A DNA stretch of 63,978 nt, counting the filler, from Intoshia linei (taxonomy: Eukaryota; Animalia; Orthonectida): NCBI GenBank assembly GCA_001642005.1. It is 6 parts of 6 records of this genome, joined end to end, with 100 filler letters (N's around TTAATTAATTAA, not from the genome) between each part and the next. Parts side by side here need not be neighbours in the genome. Positions count along the whole stretch, not along the records: positions 59,280 to 63,978 come from LWCA01001887.1; 5 more parts are not named here. One strand, given 5' to 3'. Each line of letters starts with the position of its first letter. Positions within the stretch are counted from its first letter, which is position 1. This document shows, in pieces, positions 63,040 to 63,978 of the stretch. The notes below the pieces were generated by a model. It ran no database searches, had not been told where the DNA came from, and was given only the letters and a program-made list of their open reading frames with translations. The position numbers were made by a program, and so were the translations under genes.

Positions 63040-63978
63040 TGCAGGGGATTCATCGTTTGATGATTCAAATGTTACATCCATTTTATCATTAATAATTTCA
63101 TTGTACATGTTATTCAAAATTGAATCACTTTTTTGTATTCAACCTTTTACAACATTATTTGGAAGATTGTTAAATGCTTCATTCAGTCTTAGTAATACAT
63201 CGTTGAAATTAGTGTTTACATCATATTGTCTACCAACTTCTCCTTTTATAATAGCCCATATTAACTCTATTGGTTGAAGATCAGAGTGATATGGTGGAGT
63301 GAACATAACACTATGCCCTTGCTTCGCAGCCATTTCACAGATTATGGGGTTAATGTGACACCTATATACATTTGTATTTTATTCCACAAAATACTTTTCA
63401 ATTCATTTTCATTATATGCTATATTTTTTTAAACACAATAATCAATTAAAATTTCCTTTCTATTTACTTTTTAGGTGTATTTAGAGGTAAACATTTGTGA
63501 TATTTTACATTATCAAGTATGATAACCGTATTCTTTAAATATATGAGTAATCTGTTCATCCATTTGATAAAATATGTATTTGTGAACATACCATGATAAT
63601 CTTTTGTTTTTTCTCCTACAAATATATCTATAGTATCTTTTATTAAATGTGCTTGTTGTTCCGTGATTTTAGGGTCTTCAGAAATAATAGCTGCTATGAT
63701 GTAATAGCGCCTACCTTTATGTTGTATGTATTGGTTCCATGTAATTTTTATCTTGCGGATCATAGATAGAATCCTCGTGTCTGGAACAATTTAAATGGAT
63801 GTAACTTTCGTCCATAAATATTCTACGTCTATCTGCACAGGTTATTATTATAGAAATGTATTCATCACGTAATATCTATACTTTAGTTGTTAAACTTAAC
63901 GAATGTTTTCCATTTTCTACTACTTCTTTTGTATCCATTGTATTGCAGGAATCTTTGAACTTTTCTTAAGTTAGCAGA
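63040..63978 (-). mobile_element. IS630-Tc1-mariner transposase with a long D-E spacer (Sailor/DD82E-like), frameshifted
   Basis: MDESYIH (about 63812), KGRRYYIIAAI, DYHGMF, IILDNVKYHK (D at 63514) and PPYHSDLQPIELIWA (E at 63267); the D and E codons are 247 nt apart. Confidence 0.8.

Overview
AT-rich eukaryotic (metazoan) genomic scaffold with many 33-48 nt GT-AG introns and five 100-nt gaps, each holding an artificial TTAATTAATTAA spacer. Gene content and intron sizes suggest a compact invertebrate genome such as the orthonectid Intoshia linei (inference only). Genes, mostly reconstructed by hand from spliced exons: IQCK (partial, absent from the ORF track) head-to-head with CFAP299/C4orf22; a CENP-B/pogo HTH-only protein; an orphan acidic ORF; a multi-exon, probably secreted protein with a Cys-rich end; intronless NCAPH; a YWTD beta-propeller gene; HECTD1 (2570 aa, 7.1-kb terminal exon); PSMB4 head-to-head with MRPL11; an FHL/Limpet LIM gene; COA4; a 7-repeat protocadherin; and part of eRF1. 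Introns and intergenic DNA are packed with mobile DNA: hAT MITEs with 8-bp TSDs, Tigger/pogo, Tc1 (DD34E and DD35E), a Sailor-like DD~82E element, piggyBac ends, Gypsy remnants, a Chapaev3-like remnant and a non-autonomous Helitron family carrying tandem arrays. Most notable: a 70-bp ciliary bidirectional promoter with adjacent forkhead and X-box-like motifs, an unidentified coding segment fused in frame to a Gypsy RT (candidate endogenous viral element), Helitron-borne satellites, and a tRNA-like sequence inside a hAT MITE. All family assignments come from motif recognition; no database search was run.
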